A stretch of 64,000 nucleotides of DNA, taken from Tubulanus polymorphus. Its lineage: Eukaryota; Animalia; Nemertea. How positions within the stretch are numbered: position 1 is the stretch's first letter; every line of letters starts with the position of its first letter. Below, piece by piece: positions 22,042-35,751 of this stretch. Location: assembly GCF_964204645.1 (NCBI RefSeq), contig NW_027437437.1, positions 92,001 through 156,000 on the forward strand. Direction: 5' to 3'. A model generated the notes under the pieces. It did not search any database. It saw nothing but the letters and a program-made list of their open reading frames with translations, and had not been told where the DNA came from. Both the position numbers and the translations under genes were made by a program.

Positions 22042-24535
22042 CGGTTCCTGAACTTCGCTGAAAAAGCTGAAACACTGAAACGCTTAATATTCGCACATTC
22101 GAATATAGCAGAAAGTAAGATAAATCATCCAAGCTTTAATTATAATCTTATAATACATTATATTAATACCGCCTAGAAATATGGAACATTGAATTGAAAC
22201 TCACCAAACAGGGTAAAGAAACTATGGGTTGATTTTCTGATGTTTTCTTTACCGCTTTACATTTAACACACGTAGCTGTAAAAAACCAAATGAATCTTGC
22301 TGTCAAACTTTAACAGACTTATTTACACACAAACTTATCCAATCTAATGGATCTCATAATCTATGCACTAGTCTATTTTAAATCTAAATCATATGAATAC
22401 AACATTCAAGGCTAGGGTGGAAAATGTCTATGGTATGGATGTCAATTAATACTCACTTGTTCCGGTCCAGCTGCTTTGAAAAATCTCTAGCAACGAACTA
22501 AAATGTACAATTAAATCATCATACAATATTCTGGCCAAACAGGTTATGGTATAAGGATTTATGTCCTTTGGAAGGATTCAACTTGACAAAGCCACAGCCA
22601 ATAAAGTTAAAAAATCATTCGGAATTAATGTTAACTGTTCCTATAACATGTGCGTATGAGATTCACCTATTAGAACTAATTTTTACAAAGCTAAAAAATT
22701 GCTCTGAAGTGCTTCAGATATATAGAACGAACCATACACCAATTACAGTTAAAATTAGACTAAATACTTACGGCTCCTGATTATAAATTATTCTGAATAG
22801 CCCTGTAAGAAACTCTTCAGCATCTTGCTGATGACGAATATTGCCACCAGGAATAATGTCTGAAAGCAATGAAAGGTAATTAAAGCACCAAACTGCAACT
22901 TTTGCATGAAACAACTGTAACAACTTAAATGCCCTTATCTTATACTAAATAAATTTGAGCCTATGCCCTAGTAGTCGGAATTGACCTTGGATATTGCACT
23001 TATCAGCCAAAGCCTAACTAGATATCGACTGTTCGAATTTAAATGCATTCTTCATACAGTTTAAAAGATGAATTAAGACTTACCATTTACCAGATAAAAA
23101 AGCTCTTCGTGATAGCCACTAAAGCAGTGGTCAAGTATACAAAGGATGCAATCATCCACTACACCTACAACAAGAACATGAAAATTAATCGATGTTGTAC
23201 TTGCTGCAAGACTACATTTTATATTATCGTTGTATGTACATGTATCTTAAAAAACCTTGAAATTACACTGCATTAAATTGTTTCTTATTAACATCTTCTT
23301 TTATCTTCTTTTAATTACTTCAATTTACTCCAGCTGACCACGTAACACACAAGGTCCTATTATCGATACAGGCCTACCTGTTAATATTTCAGGTCATACT
23401 CACAATCAACTGTGCTGCTGTGTGCAAATATACGCTCCCTAAAACATGGCAAGGCCTTCAAACATTGAACTATGGCATTCAAGTAACAACTACTTGCATT
23501 TAGATTGCTTAGCCCTTTAGGTTCCATATTTAGCAGAATTGAAAGTAAACACGTTTTCTCATCAATTGGGTTGTAGATAACTGTGCTTCAATTATCTGTA
23601 TATGATCATGATAATCAGACATATCAATATCATTATTCATATATAGGCCAATTTACCAGGCGGCATATAGCTGGCTTAGAGAAAATATTTCCACTCGAAT
23701 TAAATTCACGTTTATTTCATAATTTCAGTCAGATAAACCAACTTGAATCAAATCGACCTTCGTCGTTTTCCGAACTTTTCCATACCACAGGACCAAATTG
23801 CGATGTCAATCTCTAAACAGCGTATATACACACACCAGCATGGTGCCATAATACGCATGTGTGAACCCGGTGAACTTAGAAAATCCAAAGACAAATGTTA
23901 CAAAAATGGGATTCGGACACGCAAGCACGTGAATGTCATATGCCTTATCCGCATGGGCTACTGTCAAAACCTGATTCTGATTACCTGAAGTATGGAAAAG
24001 TTCATTTACCATCAACCTCAGACTTAGCAAGGAGTAACTTAGCGCCACAACCGACCTACTTCTGGGTGTCCAATGACAAAGAGTACTAGCAATTTTCAAA
24101 ATAATGAACAAATACATTGATTTGAATTGATTTTGCCGGTTAATGAATATTTCATGGCATGCATTATGTCAATGCGAACGGCCTGCAAAACCCGAAATAT
24201 TCAGCGGAATAAATGTGTATGAGTGTTCAAACATGTAAAACACATCAAAAACACATCTACGCAATCCGCAATCGATTAAAAGTCGAACATGAAGACGACC
24301 TTAAGGCATTTCTCTGTAACCGAAGGTGGAGACTAAAACACGGTTCAGGACTCGGCAGCGGACACCGGCCCGGAAATTATTCCAAAACGTGTTTTGTCGG
24401 TACCACGATTTCAGCGTTTTTCGGGAATTCCCTGAAATTTCGGCGTTTTTCGGAAATTCCCTGAAATTTCAGCGTTTTTATTTCAGCGATTCAGCGTTTC
24501 AGTGTTTCAGCTTTTTCAGCGAAGTTCAGGAACCG
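22042..24535. mobile_element. Non-autonomous TIR element (Mutator-like TSD length) carrying gene exons
   Basis: About 43-bp TIR CGGTTCCTGAACTTCGCTGAAAAAGCTGAAACACTGAAACGCT; 10-bp TSD TACTTTTAAC at 22032-22041 and 24536-24545; subterminal TTTCAGCG repeats. Confidence 0.92.
22205..23527 (-). pseudogene. Spliced N-terminal half of a ubiquitin-specific protease (C19/USP), five exons
   Basis: Exons 23527-23404, 23164-23084, 22859-22772, 22497-22457 and 22275-22205 are all GT-AG with matching phases. They give GLSNLNASSCYLNAIVQCL...QQDAEEFL...CVKC...IVSLP. No His box. Confidence 0.88.
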
Positions 24536-27343
24536 TACTTTTAACTCCCATTTTCAAAAGTTCAGACCTTAATCCCTCAACACTTTCAGGTACAGGATCA
24601 CATGGAACACAATTTTCCTGTATCTCCTGCAGTATTCTACGCTTTTTTCTTTGAGCCCGGGAGTGCTTTTCCCACAACCAGTAATTTTGATCAGTTTTCT
24701 TATATGCCCTTTTCTTTCTTTCATGGCCAGAGTCCTTTAAATGTTCTATTCTTTTCAGGACCGTTAATACCTCCTTAGTTGAATCAGCCTTACAGGTCTT
24801 AGCCATGTGTAACTTTTTGATAATCGCATTCAACTTTTCTATCCCTTGTCCTGTATACCTTTTGAGCGGACCAAATTTGTCCAAAAAGAAAGGTACATGG
24901 AAAAGAAGCGCATGCATATAGGGTGTGATATTGGCCTTCTTGTATCCCTTCCTTTGAGAACCAAGACTGAGAAAATCAGTAATCCAATTTTTCACATTTT
25001 CAAAGAAAACCAATGGTTCTGGTACATGCGTATCATCAGACAAATATTTGTACAAATCAAAGAAATTAATCCACAGTTGTAATACATCATGTTTTGTCTG
25101 TGCATGCATGACATCTGACCCCTGTAACATCTGAGGTAGAAGTGTCATAATGGTTTTTACATCGGGTCCTTGAACAGATGTCCAATCAAGTTTGCCAGTA
25201 CCTTTATGTGTTAATGGATCTCTGACTTCCCAAATTCTGAAAGTCACACCACATGAGTTTATCAGTTTACAAAGGTTTTGTAGTTTATCTCCTATTGGTA
25301 GTTGATTAGCAGTATCTAGCTGGCCAAGTCTGGCAAAGTCATCAAGATCCTTAACATCAGTGATGATATTACGCAATAATACATCAAATATTCATATTAA
25401 TAGCTCGTCAATTACAATGTTTCCTGGATCTATCTTTAATATAGGTTGAGGGTCTACCCCGTTTTTGGATTCAAGGGCATCATTCACTAAATTATCATAG
25501 GTTCTGACATGAGGATCTTGATGAAAATGATCCCAATTATGATTATGATGTCTGTTGTCTTTGTGCACTTTGCACCATGGACAACTTTGATTGGCTGTAC
25601 TGCCTTTTAAACCACACAACAGTTGTAAAAATTTCATATCGCCAACAATACAATTTCAACCTCATATGATAGACGATTAATAGCCATTATCTTTTGAATC
25701 AATATTTCATTGATTTCATCAATGAGTGGTTTGAAACCGTTCTTGATAGACTCATACGATTCAGACTGGTTAAGAATTGCAATAGGAATAAGTACACCTG
25801 GGTTTGCCCCTTCTTTCAGAATGGCAAGTGACATAGTTAGGAAACTACTAACACGACTCATGTTTGCTCCATCACCACCCAATTGTAAGACAATTTTCTC
25901 AGCAGACTGAAGAGAAGGGCCATTCTTAACCAGAAGAGCTACTTGCTCATGGAAACTTATGTAAGCTCCTGGTATTCCCCCAAGGGCCATTCTTAACCAG
26001 AAGAGCTACTTGCTCATGGAAACTTATGTAAGCTCCTGGTATTCCCCCAACAGCCCTATGCATAGAATATATATCTGACAGAGATTCCCTACATTGAACT
26101 ATAAGTGACTTCTTTGGTAATTCTGAATCAAGAACGGTCAATTCATGGAAGACAGCATCGCTGATACAAAATGAGTCTAGCACATACAAAATATTGTTCA
26201 ATTTGTCCTTCACGGAGTCGGACAATTTCTCATAACTACCTATGTTCCTGCTGTTGTCAGATTTCAAATTGATATTATGCTCGTTAGTTCCACAAGTTAC
26301 AATCAAGGAGTCAATTTCCAATATGTTTCCATAAACCATAGAGCCCTTTCAATTTCCCCATGTAGCGAATGAAGTCTACGCTTTTGTTGCCAATCACTAA
26401 GATCATGATATGATTTCCCACTATTTGTCTTGATAGGATTGTTATAAACCTTGTCTAGATAATTACTTAATGATGAGCTCAATCTTTCAATTTCTATTTG
26501 CTGTTCCTGACATTTGGTAGACAAGGAGTGGGTACTGTTTTGATATTCAATGATTGATTCCAAAAGTAGATCAATCCTTCTCTGTAGGTCACAGTTTTTA
26601 GAGGTCAAAATTTTACAATTCTGAACTTGCCCCCCAACAACTAGTTCAGGGGCATATATGCCCATTGACCACACTTTAGCATTCAGTTCCATGTACCTTC
26701 TACCGGACAAGTTCTTGTACTTGTACTTGGTACTTGTTTTTACAGAGTAACAGATTTCTTTGATTCTTTGATTCAGACGTTCAGTATGGTGCAACTGAAC
26801 AACGTTTGGAAGGGCTACATTCAATAATAAAACATAGCTAGCATCTTTGTATTTTTGCTTGAAGTTTAGAGCTTCTTTGATTAGACCATAGTCCATTTGT
26901 AAGCTAAGTACAACATCAGCAGATGTACTGAAACTACATGTTACTAAATTCAATTTGTACATATATTCGATATTTCCAAGAGACATATTGCAAGTTCTAA
27001 ATATGATTGTAAACAGAAGTAAATAACTAACACTCCAGTTCTGCAGTGTAATAAGTACAAAAAATACAAAACCAGTTCTGCAGTTAAACCTTGCCTAACG
27101 CGGACAAACTGGGACTGGCAAAATTGGTCCGAGGTAAGTGAAGTCCAAATAAAGGATAGGAAAAATTACAAAACCACAATCTGCAGTCGAACAATCGCAA
27201 AAAAGACAACTACAAGTTCTGATGTCAAATATTCATGAAAAAAACCACAAATACAGTTCCAATCTGCAGTCTTAAAATGAAATTCTTGAATAAATGACCA
27301 CTCACTACAGCTTGACATTAAAGTCAATTAAGTTCAATACAAA

Positions 27344-29365
27344 CTACGAATTTTCATCATTCAATGTCGCCGTATCGCACGCAATAGTTACACATCGGAC
27401 GATTATTTTCTCGAGTGGGTGATTCTTCCCAAAATCAAGATTTTTGTTCTCATTTACGTAATAAATTCTTCGACTAAACGATAGTTTTGCTTTTAATTCT
27501 ACAGGGAATAGTATTCTGATTCCCTGCCCATGTTTGTTGATACGATAATTCCAAGCAGCGTCGAGTTGTAACTTATCAAAGTCGCGTTTTTGAAGTGACA
27601 AGTATCCATTTTTAAGAAGAGTTCCCTTTCCGTAAAAAACATAACGATAAATATCCAGCGGAAATTCGATGTTTGCCCTTACTACTCCTTCAGTTAGGAC
27701 TAATCTTCTAACAGCTTCAGAAAAACGATCGGACCAAAATGAAATTCGTGTGGGTTCAATATTTGGTTCCTCGTAATTATCAATAAAATGACGTGGCAGA
27801 TGTGAAGACGGCACCCAGGAACAATGAGTTATACTATAAGTTTCCCACTTGACAAGAAAGAAAACCTGAAAAATACAACAATTTTTTTGTACCAGTACTT
27901 CAGCATCTTGATGACATTTAGATCTTATGAAATATATTATTTGATTCTCATCAGCGCCCACTCCGAATTGTAAACACTTAACATAATAGTGACACATAGC
28001 ACTCAAATGAGTTCACATTTATTGATTATTGAAAGCTAGTTCAGTTCAGCAAACATTGACCCATTTTTGTTCAGTGACAAGCGGTTTTGGTTTAAAAAAA
28101 ATCGCAACCTCAATGGGCCTTGCTATTGTGGAGTCGTTTTTAGATGAATATGACGGATATAAAATCATCATAAATAATATATTATATATAATATATAATA
28201 TTATTTCATACAAAATATAAACCTCCCTCTCCAATATGTTGATCACAACTGATGAGAATCAAGTAATTTTTTATGGCCTGCAGAACGTGTGGTATCACTA
28301 AACAGTCATCTCAAAGTTGATGAGGGTTTTCATAATTCATTATTTTCAGCCACAAAATAGGCAACAGTAACAAACCGAAGAACCTTCACCGACAAGTAGG
28401 CCTGCATACGCATAATATGTGCTATTATATGCTGTATTTATTCATAGGAGTTCTAAACATAATTCAAGAATTATGTGTCAATCACAAATCAACATCACCC
28501 TTGATTTCCTCTCAGTATGAAAATTTTGAAGTTTGAAGAAATGTGTAAAACAAGTAGGCTAGGCCTCCCCTCTAGGACAGGTTGTAACTTCTGTTCTCCA
28601 AATCTTACAAAAACAATAAGCACTGAGACTTCTGAGACTTGGCATCTTAAAAAATATAGGGCCATCTAAATTCAATTGACAATAAACACAACAGACCTTT
28701 CCAATGATTTGTGGCAGTATTTGTTGTAAAATTGGGCAACAGCTTCAATTTATGTTTGATAGGTGGCGCTAGCGGTGGCTCGGTTAGCTGTCAGGGCAGC
28801 CACATACCGAATTATAATCCGTGAATTTAAAGACATAAACAGTGCCATCCGAACTCGTAATGGCAATCTACATAATAAATATTGATCTAAAAATGTTTTA
28901 TCAATGTATTTTAATAGTTTTGTGCGTTATGCTTATTTTCTAGATATTAGAACATAATAAATTAAAAATTACGAATATTTTCATTTGGAACCAGGGCATC
29001 CTCGCAGGCGGGTGACTACACTCATACCTTAATTCCATAGGTCTAAATAAGACATTTTAGCCGAATATACAAGCGTAGTGCGCTAGTTTACTTTGTCTCT
29101 TGTTGGGGGCTAAAAGAATGTATTCTTCTTAACTTAACGTTACCTTTCGGCCCTCTGTCTTTCTCGAAATAATTCTTTCAACGTCGTAGTAGCCTAAAGT
29201 CTGTACAGCAGGTTGAGCTTTAACTTTCCTTTCCTTTATTAATGGAAGTTGGATCATCTGTAGGTAATTTTTTGCCTCTAAATTTCTTAAATTGTACGAC
29301 GACAAGGAATTATCGCTGGAATTCCTGGGAGCCGCCATCACTACGATTTCATTGGTTGAGCTCAT
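27344..29365 (-). CDS. Two-exon chromodomain protein (247 aa)
   Basis: Exon 1 29365-29144 (AAG/gtaacg) and exon 2 27865-27344 (ttttcag/GTT) splice in phase 0 to YYDVERIISRKTEGRKVFFLVKWETYSITHCSWVP, with no stops. Confidence 0.85.
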
Positions 29366-29454
29366 TGTAGCACGCCACGCAGTGGCGGATAGGTGAAACT
29401 AATCTGCACAGAAAAGTTCGGCATGCTGGTATTTCTTTAATTCCTAATGAATTA

Positions 29455-29784
29455 AGCCGGGCGTAGGTTGGCCTTGCGACGGCTTGCAACTCACTGCGAC
29501 GCCATTCACTGCGACCGTCAGCGACGATTGCGTTGCAACGACTCAACGACCTACGCTCCCTTGTGACTGCCAGCGACAGGGTGCGACCGTCAGCGACGCC
29601 AGTCACAAAAGTCTAATGTTCTACTTTCTGCGACGCAACCATCACAACCGACCTACGCGCTCTTGGGACTGGCAGAAACTAGTCGCACACCACCGCTGAC
29701 AATCGTGTCGCAACCTACTTGAACCCACAATTGCGACGCAATGCGAGGATTGCTTCGCATCGCAAGGCCGACCTACATCCGGCT
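29455..29784. mobile_element. Tourist-like (PIF/Harbinger) MITE
   Basis: Imperfect 25-bp TIR AGCCGGGCGTAGGTTGGCCTTGCGA / TCGCAAGGCCGACCTACATCCGGCT, TTA TSD, internal GCGAC repeats. Confidence 0.85.
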
Positions 29785-29799
29785 TTAGGTTACTGCGGA

Positions 29800-30290
29800 G
29801 CCGCAGAAAGATCTTTTTTGTTCAAAAGACCTTTCGCTCGAAAATCTTTTTGTCGGAACACAAATTTTTTCGCTTGAACCAATTAAATTCTGTTTCGATT
29901 GAACCAATTTAATACAAAAATCGTTAGAACAAAGTTGTGTTCGTTCGAACAAACTTTTTTTTGTCCAAACGAAAGGTTTTTCGTTCGAACAAGTATATCG
30001 TAAAAAGTTTTTTGTTCGAACCAAAAGTATAAAGCATTTCGTTCAATCGAACAGAATTATTTTCATTCAAACGTTCGTTCGAAAAAAATGGTTTTCGCTC
30101 AACAATTTTTTTTTGTCGGGACAAAAAGTTTTTCATTTCAACTATAGCAATTTTTTGTCCAAACGAAGAAAAGTTTTCGTTCCAACAAAAAGCATGTTGT
30201 TCTATCAAATAGAATTGTTTTCATTCGAACGAGATTTTAGAACATTAAGTTTCGTTTTGTTCGAACAGATATATTGTTTCATCGAAGCAT
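29800..30290. repeat. Degenerate array of TTCGTTCGAAC-like motifs
   Basis: Many GTTCGAAC variants separated by A/T runs; probably the subterminal region of a DNA transposon. Confidence 0.65.
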
Positions 30291-33033
30291 TTTACGAGCT
30301 CATAAAAAATAAAAAATAAATTCTCGCACGCTCGAATTTATTTGTCATTTTTTACTCACTCGCCCCTTCAACCTTTAACCTGAACCCCTATTATCCCTAT
30401 TACTCTTAAAATATTCATATATATGAATAACATATAAATCTAAAATCAATTTTAATAAAAAATTTGATATTAAAATGGAAGCAAATAAGAAGTACTACTG
30501 TCCAACATGTAAAATCAATATAGATAAATCCCAAAAAGCAAGACACAATAAAACTAGAACACATTTAGAAAATAAATTAAAATTAAAAATATAAAGATGA
30601 TATATTAGAAACTAAATTAGAAGAATTAAAGAATGAAAAAGAAACATACAAATGTGATACATGTAATCAATCATTCAGTGATTAAAGATATTATAATGAA
30701 CATTTAAAATCTAAAAGTCATATGAGAAATATGAATAATGATATTTTAGGTGAAGATTATTTTGATAATGACAATGATAAGAAACATAAGACAATCAAAT
30801 TACCAAATACAAAAGGTGATAAAATTGTACATTATACATTAGAACCTTTGTATTCATTAAAAGATTATGATTCAAATGGTGTTATAGATATATTATGAAA
30901 ATCATTATATGTGGATAAAACAAATCGATTTATTTTTTAAAACAGAAAATAACCACAATAAAATATATCTATGTAGAAAATGTTTACATAGATTCAGTAA
31001 TGAAAGGACATTATTAAATCATAAGCAATTATGTGATAATCATGATTATTGTAAAATAGTTTTACAAAATGAAAAGGATAAAATATTAGAATTCAAAAAA
31101 TATGATTACAAGAATAAAGTACCATTTGTAATATATGGAGATTTTGAATCACTAAATAAGGAACTAACTGATCAACTAACTGATCAAGATAGAAAAGAAA
31201 TATATTATAAAAGAAAGAAACTAAACTATGAAAATGATTTTTCAGAAGAACTACCAATAACAAATACTATTAAAAAGATTCATCAATCAGCAGCAGCTTT
31301 TCGATTATATATTAAATCTGATTACCCAGAACTAATTAAATGTGAATATTATAATTACAGAAATGAAAGTGTTATCAATCATTTTTGTGACTTATTAATC
31401 GAGTATGAAATAAAATTTTATGAAAAGTTAAATGAAAATAAAGAAATAATTATGACAGAAGAAGATAAAGAAGAATTTGAGTTTGCAGATAAATGTTATT
31501 ATTGTGAAAAGATATTTAATTATAAAGATAAAAAGTAAGAGACCATGATCATTTGAATGGAAAGTTTAGAGGCGCAGCGCATGAGAATTGTAACTTACAA
31601 GCTAAGAAAATTAACTTTGTTCCAGTAATATTTCATAATTTATCAGGATATGATGCTCATTTATTCATCAAACAGTTATGCCATAAAATAGAACAAATCA
31701 ATAATGAAATAGAAAGATTAAATTCAAATAGATCAAAAGATAAAATACCGACATATAAATTTAAAATGTTAGCTAAAACATCTGAGAATTATATATCCTT
31801 CCAATTCGGGTGTCTAAGATTTATAGATTCATATAGATTTTTAGGTAGTTCATTAGATAATTTATCAAAATCATTAGTTGATGATGAATTAAGAATATTA
31901 AAGCAACACTATCCAAATAATGATGATTTTCAATTAATGAGATATAAGGGAGCGATAGCATATAGTTTTTATAAAAATCATAATGATTTTAACATAACTG
32001 AATTATTAAAAGAACAGTTTTATGATGAATTAAAAAATGAATATGTTAAAGATGAAGTATATAATAGAACATTGAATATTTGGAATCATTTTAAAATAAT
32101 AAATCATGGACAATTAGTAGATTTGTATTTAAAATCGGACGTATTATTATTAACTGATATATTTGAAAGGTTTAGAGATGTAAATCTAAAATATTTTAAT
32201 ATTGATCCTTGCCATTGTTATTCATCACCAGGATTAACTTGGGATTGTGGTTTAAAATTTACAGATTTAAAAATGGATTTGTTAACAAATATAGATCAAT
32301 TATTATTATTTTAAAAATCTATAAGAGGAGGTGTTTCAGGTGTATTAGGGGATAGATATTTCAATGTAAATGATAACCCTGGATATAAATAATATATCAT
32401 ATATAGATGCAAATAATCTAGTTGGGCAAGTAATCTGGTTGGGCAATGATGGAACCACAACCTTATAGAGTAATTGAAATAAGTGAAGTTTTACAACATG
32501 AAAATAATGATAAATTTGATTGGAAGAAAATAATTCTAGATATTGCAGATGATTCAGATACTGGTTACTTCTTTGTTGTAGACTTGGAATATTCTGAAGA
32601 TAAAAAATTTAAATTTAGAAATCTAGCATACTGTCCCGAACATAAAACTGTTACGCATGAAGAATTATCAAATTATCAAAAAAGAATTAAACCTGAAAAT
32701 CATGTTCGTACAGAAAAGTTAATGGTAACTCAGGAAGATAAATATAATTATGTAGTGCATTATGTTGAAGTTTTATTTGAATCAAGGAATGGTTCTAAAA
32801 AAAGTGCATAGATATATTTCATTTAGTCAATCTAAATGGTTAGAAAAATATATAGATTTTTACACCAAACAGAGAACTAAAGCTAAAACTGATTTTGAGA
32901 AAGATTTCTTCAAACTAATGAATAATGCATTCTATGGTAAGACTTGTGAAAATATTAGAAATAGAAATGATATTGAGGAGAGAATCCCACAATGATAATA
33001 AAAAGTCCGAAAATGAAACTTCGAGATAGTAGT

Positions 33034-33080
33034 TTATTTCAACGTTTCGACTATATCCTAATAGTCATCTTCAGGAATAA
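33034..33080 (-). ncRNA. Minimal hammerhead ribozyme in pLTR
   Basis: Reverse complement of 35705-35751. Confidence 0.75.
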
Positions 33081-33389
33081 TGAGATACTACAGAAATTAT
33101 GAGATATATATACAATCCAGAGACAAAGAGACTAATTCAAGTAATCAGAGATGATACAAACTAAAGGAAAATTAACGTAGAAACAGTTACACTCTAAAAT
33201 AGATTAAAGGGAAGCAAACTAAGGGGTGATTATAAACAACAATAGTGAGTATAAATATAAATGAAACTTAAAGTCAGTAGTAAAAAGAAAGACAAACTAG
33301 GGGGCACTTAAATTAAAACAAAGGTGAATACAAGTTAAGTCAGAGACGAAATTGATGAGAGAACAAATAACAAATAATCAAAGGGGAAA

Positions 33390-33887
33390 TCAAGTGTTGA
33401 GTTTAACCAGTTTACAGAGGAATTTTGATATAAGTTTATTATGGGGTGAAAAACCATTGTTAAGGTTTACAACGTTGTTCGAATTTTCAATAATTAATGC
33501 AGATTCCAAAATATGTCTTCTAGTTTTATCGCTGCAAGGGTAAACTAATTCAGCATGAGCAAAATCAAAATTGTGTGAAGTCTGAAAAACATGACTAGCA
33601 ACTCCGCTTTCAGGTTTAAAGTTTTTTACATCTAATTTATGCTCTTTTATGCGTTGATTAAGATTCCGACCTGTTTCTCCTATATATACTTTGTCGCAAA
33701 CTTTACAAGGTATTTTATAAATTCCACAGTTTAGGGATTCGGTTTTCGGTTTGTTGTTAATCAATATGTTACTAAGTTTATTATTGTATTTAAAGATGAG
33801 TTGTTTATTTAGTGACCGAAGAGAAACTTTAGAATTCTCGAGGAAAGGTACATACGGTACAATGATAGGCTGTTTATCGGTAGCCAA
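33390..33887 (-). pseudogene. Penelope GIY-YIG endonuclease domain (5'-truncated)
   Basis: GIYKIPCKVCDKVYIGETGRNLNQRIKEH...HILESALI...LN. Confidence 0.9.
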
Positions 33888-33957
33888 CGTAGGAGTTCTA
33901 AGGTTGTTATTTCTACGTTAATTTTCCTTTAGTTTGTATCATCTCTGATTACTTGAA

Positions 33958-34632
33958 TTAGTCTCTTTCGAGTTCGCATATAGCCTGTAGATTCATGAAT
34001 ATAAAGTTATAGTCCAAACTGTTCGGAGATGATTTGCGATATTCCAATTGGGTGACAAAGTCTAAAACATGTTTATCTTGATGAGGAAGAGAAAAATTCA
34101 AACCGTAGCCGAGAAGTTGACACTGAGTAGAAGATAACGTGGTTGAAGACAAATTTACTATGTTTTCGGTGTTGCTAAATCTAGTCCAAGGGCTGGAATC
34201 AATGAGTTTATTCAGTTGGTTGGTAAGATCCACGGACTTTCTGTGCTGATGATATTTTCCAGAGCCTTGAACAATAGTGGAGAGCGATTTCCAGAGGAAT
34301 AGGTCCGGTACGTGTGACTTCAAATAATTTTGAGATTGACAGAATTTGTAGAACTGATAGTTACAGTCTTCCTTAGCACGATCTATAGCGAATTTGAGTT
34401 GCTTGTTAGCTTCGGGTGGAAACACAGAGCTGGAGTCGTATTTCCAAATCCAAGAAAGTGATCGCGGAACCACTTTTTCGGCATAACACTCCTGAAGGAA
34501 CTTGACTTTACTTTTAGCAGTCCTGGATTTGATATAGCATTTCTCATAATTTCGGAAGCTAGCGACGAGGTACGGGAACGTGAAGAAGAAGAATTTTAAT
34601 ACGATATTTCGATCCGTGGGTAGCATGATCAC
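33958..34632 (-). pseudogene. Penelope ORF N-terminal region, truncated before the RT
   Basis: IVNLSSTTLSSTQCQLLGYGLNFSLP motif; starts just downstream of a pLTR. Confidence 0.8.
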
Positions 34633-34725
34633 GATAGGTAGAACACAATATCCGTGTTGACGCGATGAGGAGAGAATCCCACAATGATAATAAAAAGTCC
34701 GAAAATGAAACTTCGAGATAGTAGT

Positions 34726-34772
34726 TTATTTCAACGTTTCGACTATATCCTAATAGTCATCTTCAGGAATAA
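34726..34772 (-). ncRNA. Minimal hammerhead ribozyme in pLTR
   Basis: Reverse complement of 35705-35751. Confidence 0.75.
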
Positions 34773-34897
34773 TGAGATACTACAGAAATTATGAGATATA
34801 TATACAATCCAGAGACAAAGAGACTAATTCAAGTAATCAGAGATGATACAAACTAAAGGAAAATTAACGTAGAAATAACAACCTTAGAACTCCTACG

Positions 34898-35395
34898 TTG
34901 GCTACCGATAAACAGCCTATCATTGTACCGTATGTACCTTTCCTCGAGAATTCTAAAGTTTCTCTTCGGTCACTAAATAAACAACTCATCTTTAAATACA
35001 ATAATAAACTTAGTAACTTATTGATTAACAACAAACCGAAAACCGAATCCCTAAACTGTGGAATTTATAAAATACCTTGTAAAGTTTGCGACAAAGTATA
35101 TATAGGAGAAACAGGTCGGAATCTTAATCAACGCATAAAAGAGCATAAATTAGATGTAAAACACTTTAAACCTGAAAGCGGAGTTGCTAGTCATGTTTTT
35201 CAGACTTCACACAATTTTGATTTTGCTCATGCTGAATTAGTTTACCCTTGCAGCGATAAAACTAGAAGACATATTTTGGAATCTGCATTAATTATTGAAA
35301 ATTCGAACAACGTTGTAAACCTTAACAATGGTTTTTCACCCCATAATAAACTTATATCAAAATTCCTCTGTAAACTGGTTAAACTCAACACTTGA
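34898..35395 (+). pseudogene. Penelope GIY-YIG endonuclease domain (inverted duplicate)
   Basis: Two amino-acid differences from 33390-33887. Confidence 0.9.
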
Positions 35396-35704
35396 TTTCC
35401 CCTTTGATTATTTGTTATTTGTTCTCTCATCAATTTCGTCTCTGACTTAACTTGTATTCACCTTTGTTTTAATTTAAGTGCCCCCTAGTTTGTCTTTCTT
35501 TTTACTACTGACTTTAAGTTTCATTTATATTTATACTCACTATTGTTGTTTATAATCACCCCTTAGTTTGCTTCCCTTTAATCTATTTTAGCGTGTAACT
35601 GTTTCTACGTTAATTTTCCTTTAGTTTGTATCATCTCTGATTACTTGAATTAGTCTCTTTGTCTCTGGATTGTATATATATCTCATAATTTCTGTAGTAT
35701 CTCA

Positions 35705-35751
35705 TTATTCCTGAAGATGACTATTAGGATATAGTCGAAACGTTGAAATAA
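35705..35751 (+). ncRNA. Minimal hammerhead ribozyme in pLTR
   Basis: CTGAAGA core, stem II GACTAT/ATAGTC, GAAA, palindromic AACGTT stem III, flanking TTATT/AATAA stem I. Confidence 0.78.

Larger units (their letters stand above)
21955..26986 (-). pseudogene. RAG1/Transib-like DDE transposase; frameshifted and interrupted by a TIR element
   Basis: LGGDGANMSR (D1), VGDMKFL...CPWC (D2 plus Zn), IDEL, ITPYMHALLFHVP and GQGIEKLN (E) follow the RAG1 core order. Removing 22042-24545 restores the C-terminus to a stop at 21955. A 67-bp tandem duplication lies at 25916-26049. Confidence 0.75.

Noticed and set aside
19340-30290. RSS-like (CAC-starting) TIRs and a RAG2-like gene around the RAG1-like transposase
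   Set aside because: No matching inverted heptamer/nonamer pair with a 5-bp TSD and no kelch/PHD ORF could be found by eye.
30286-30294. AGCATT versus TGCATT (49364-49369) as the TSD of Maverick 2
   Set aside because: Only 5 of 6 bases match and the outer left terminus is missing, so the match may be chance.
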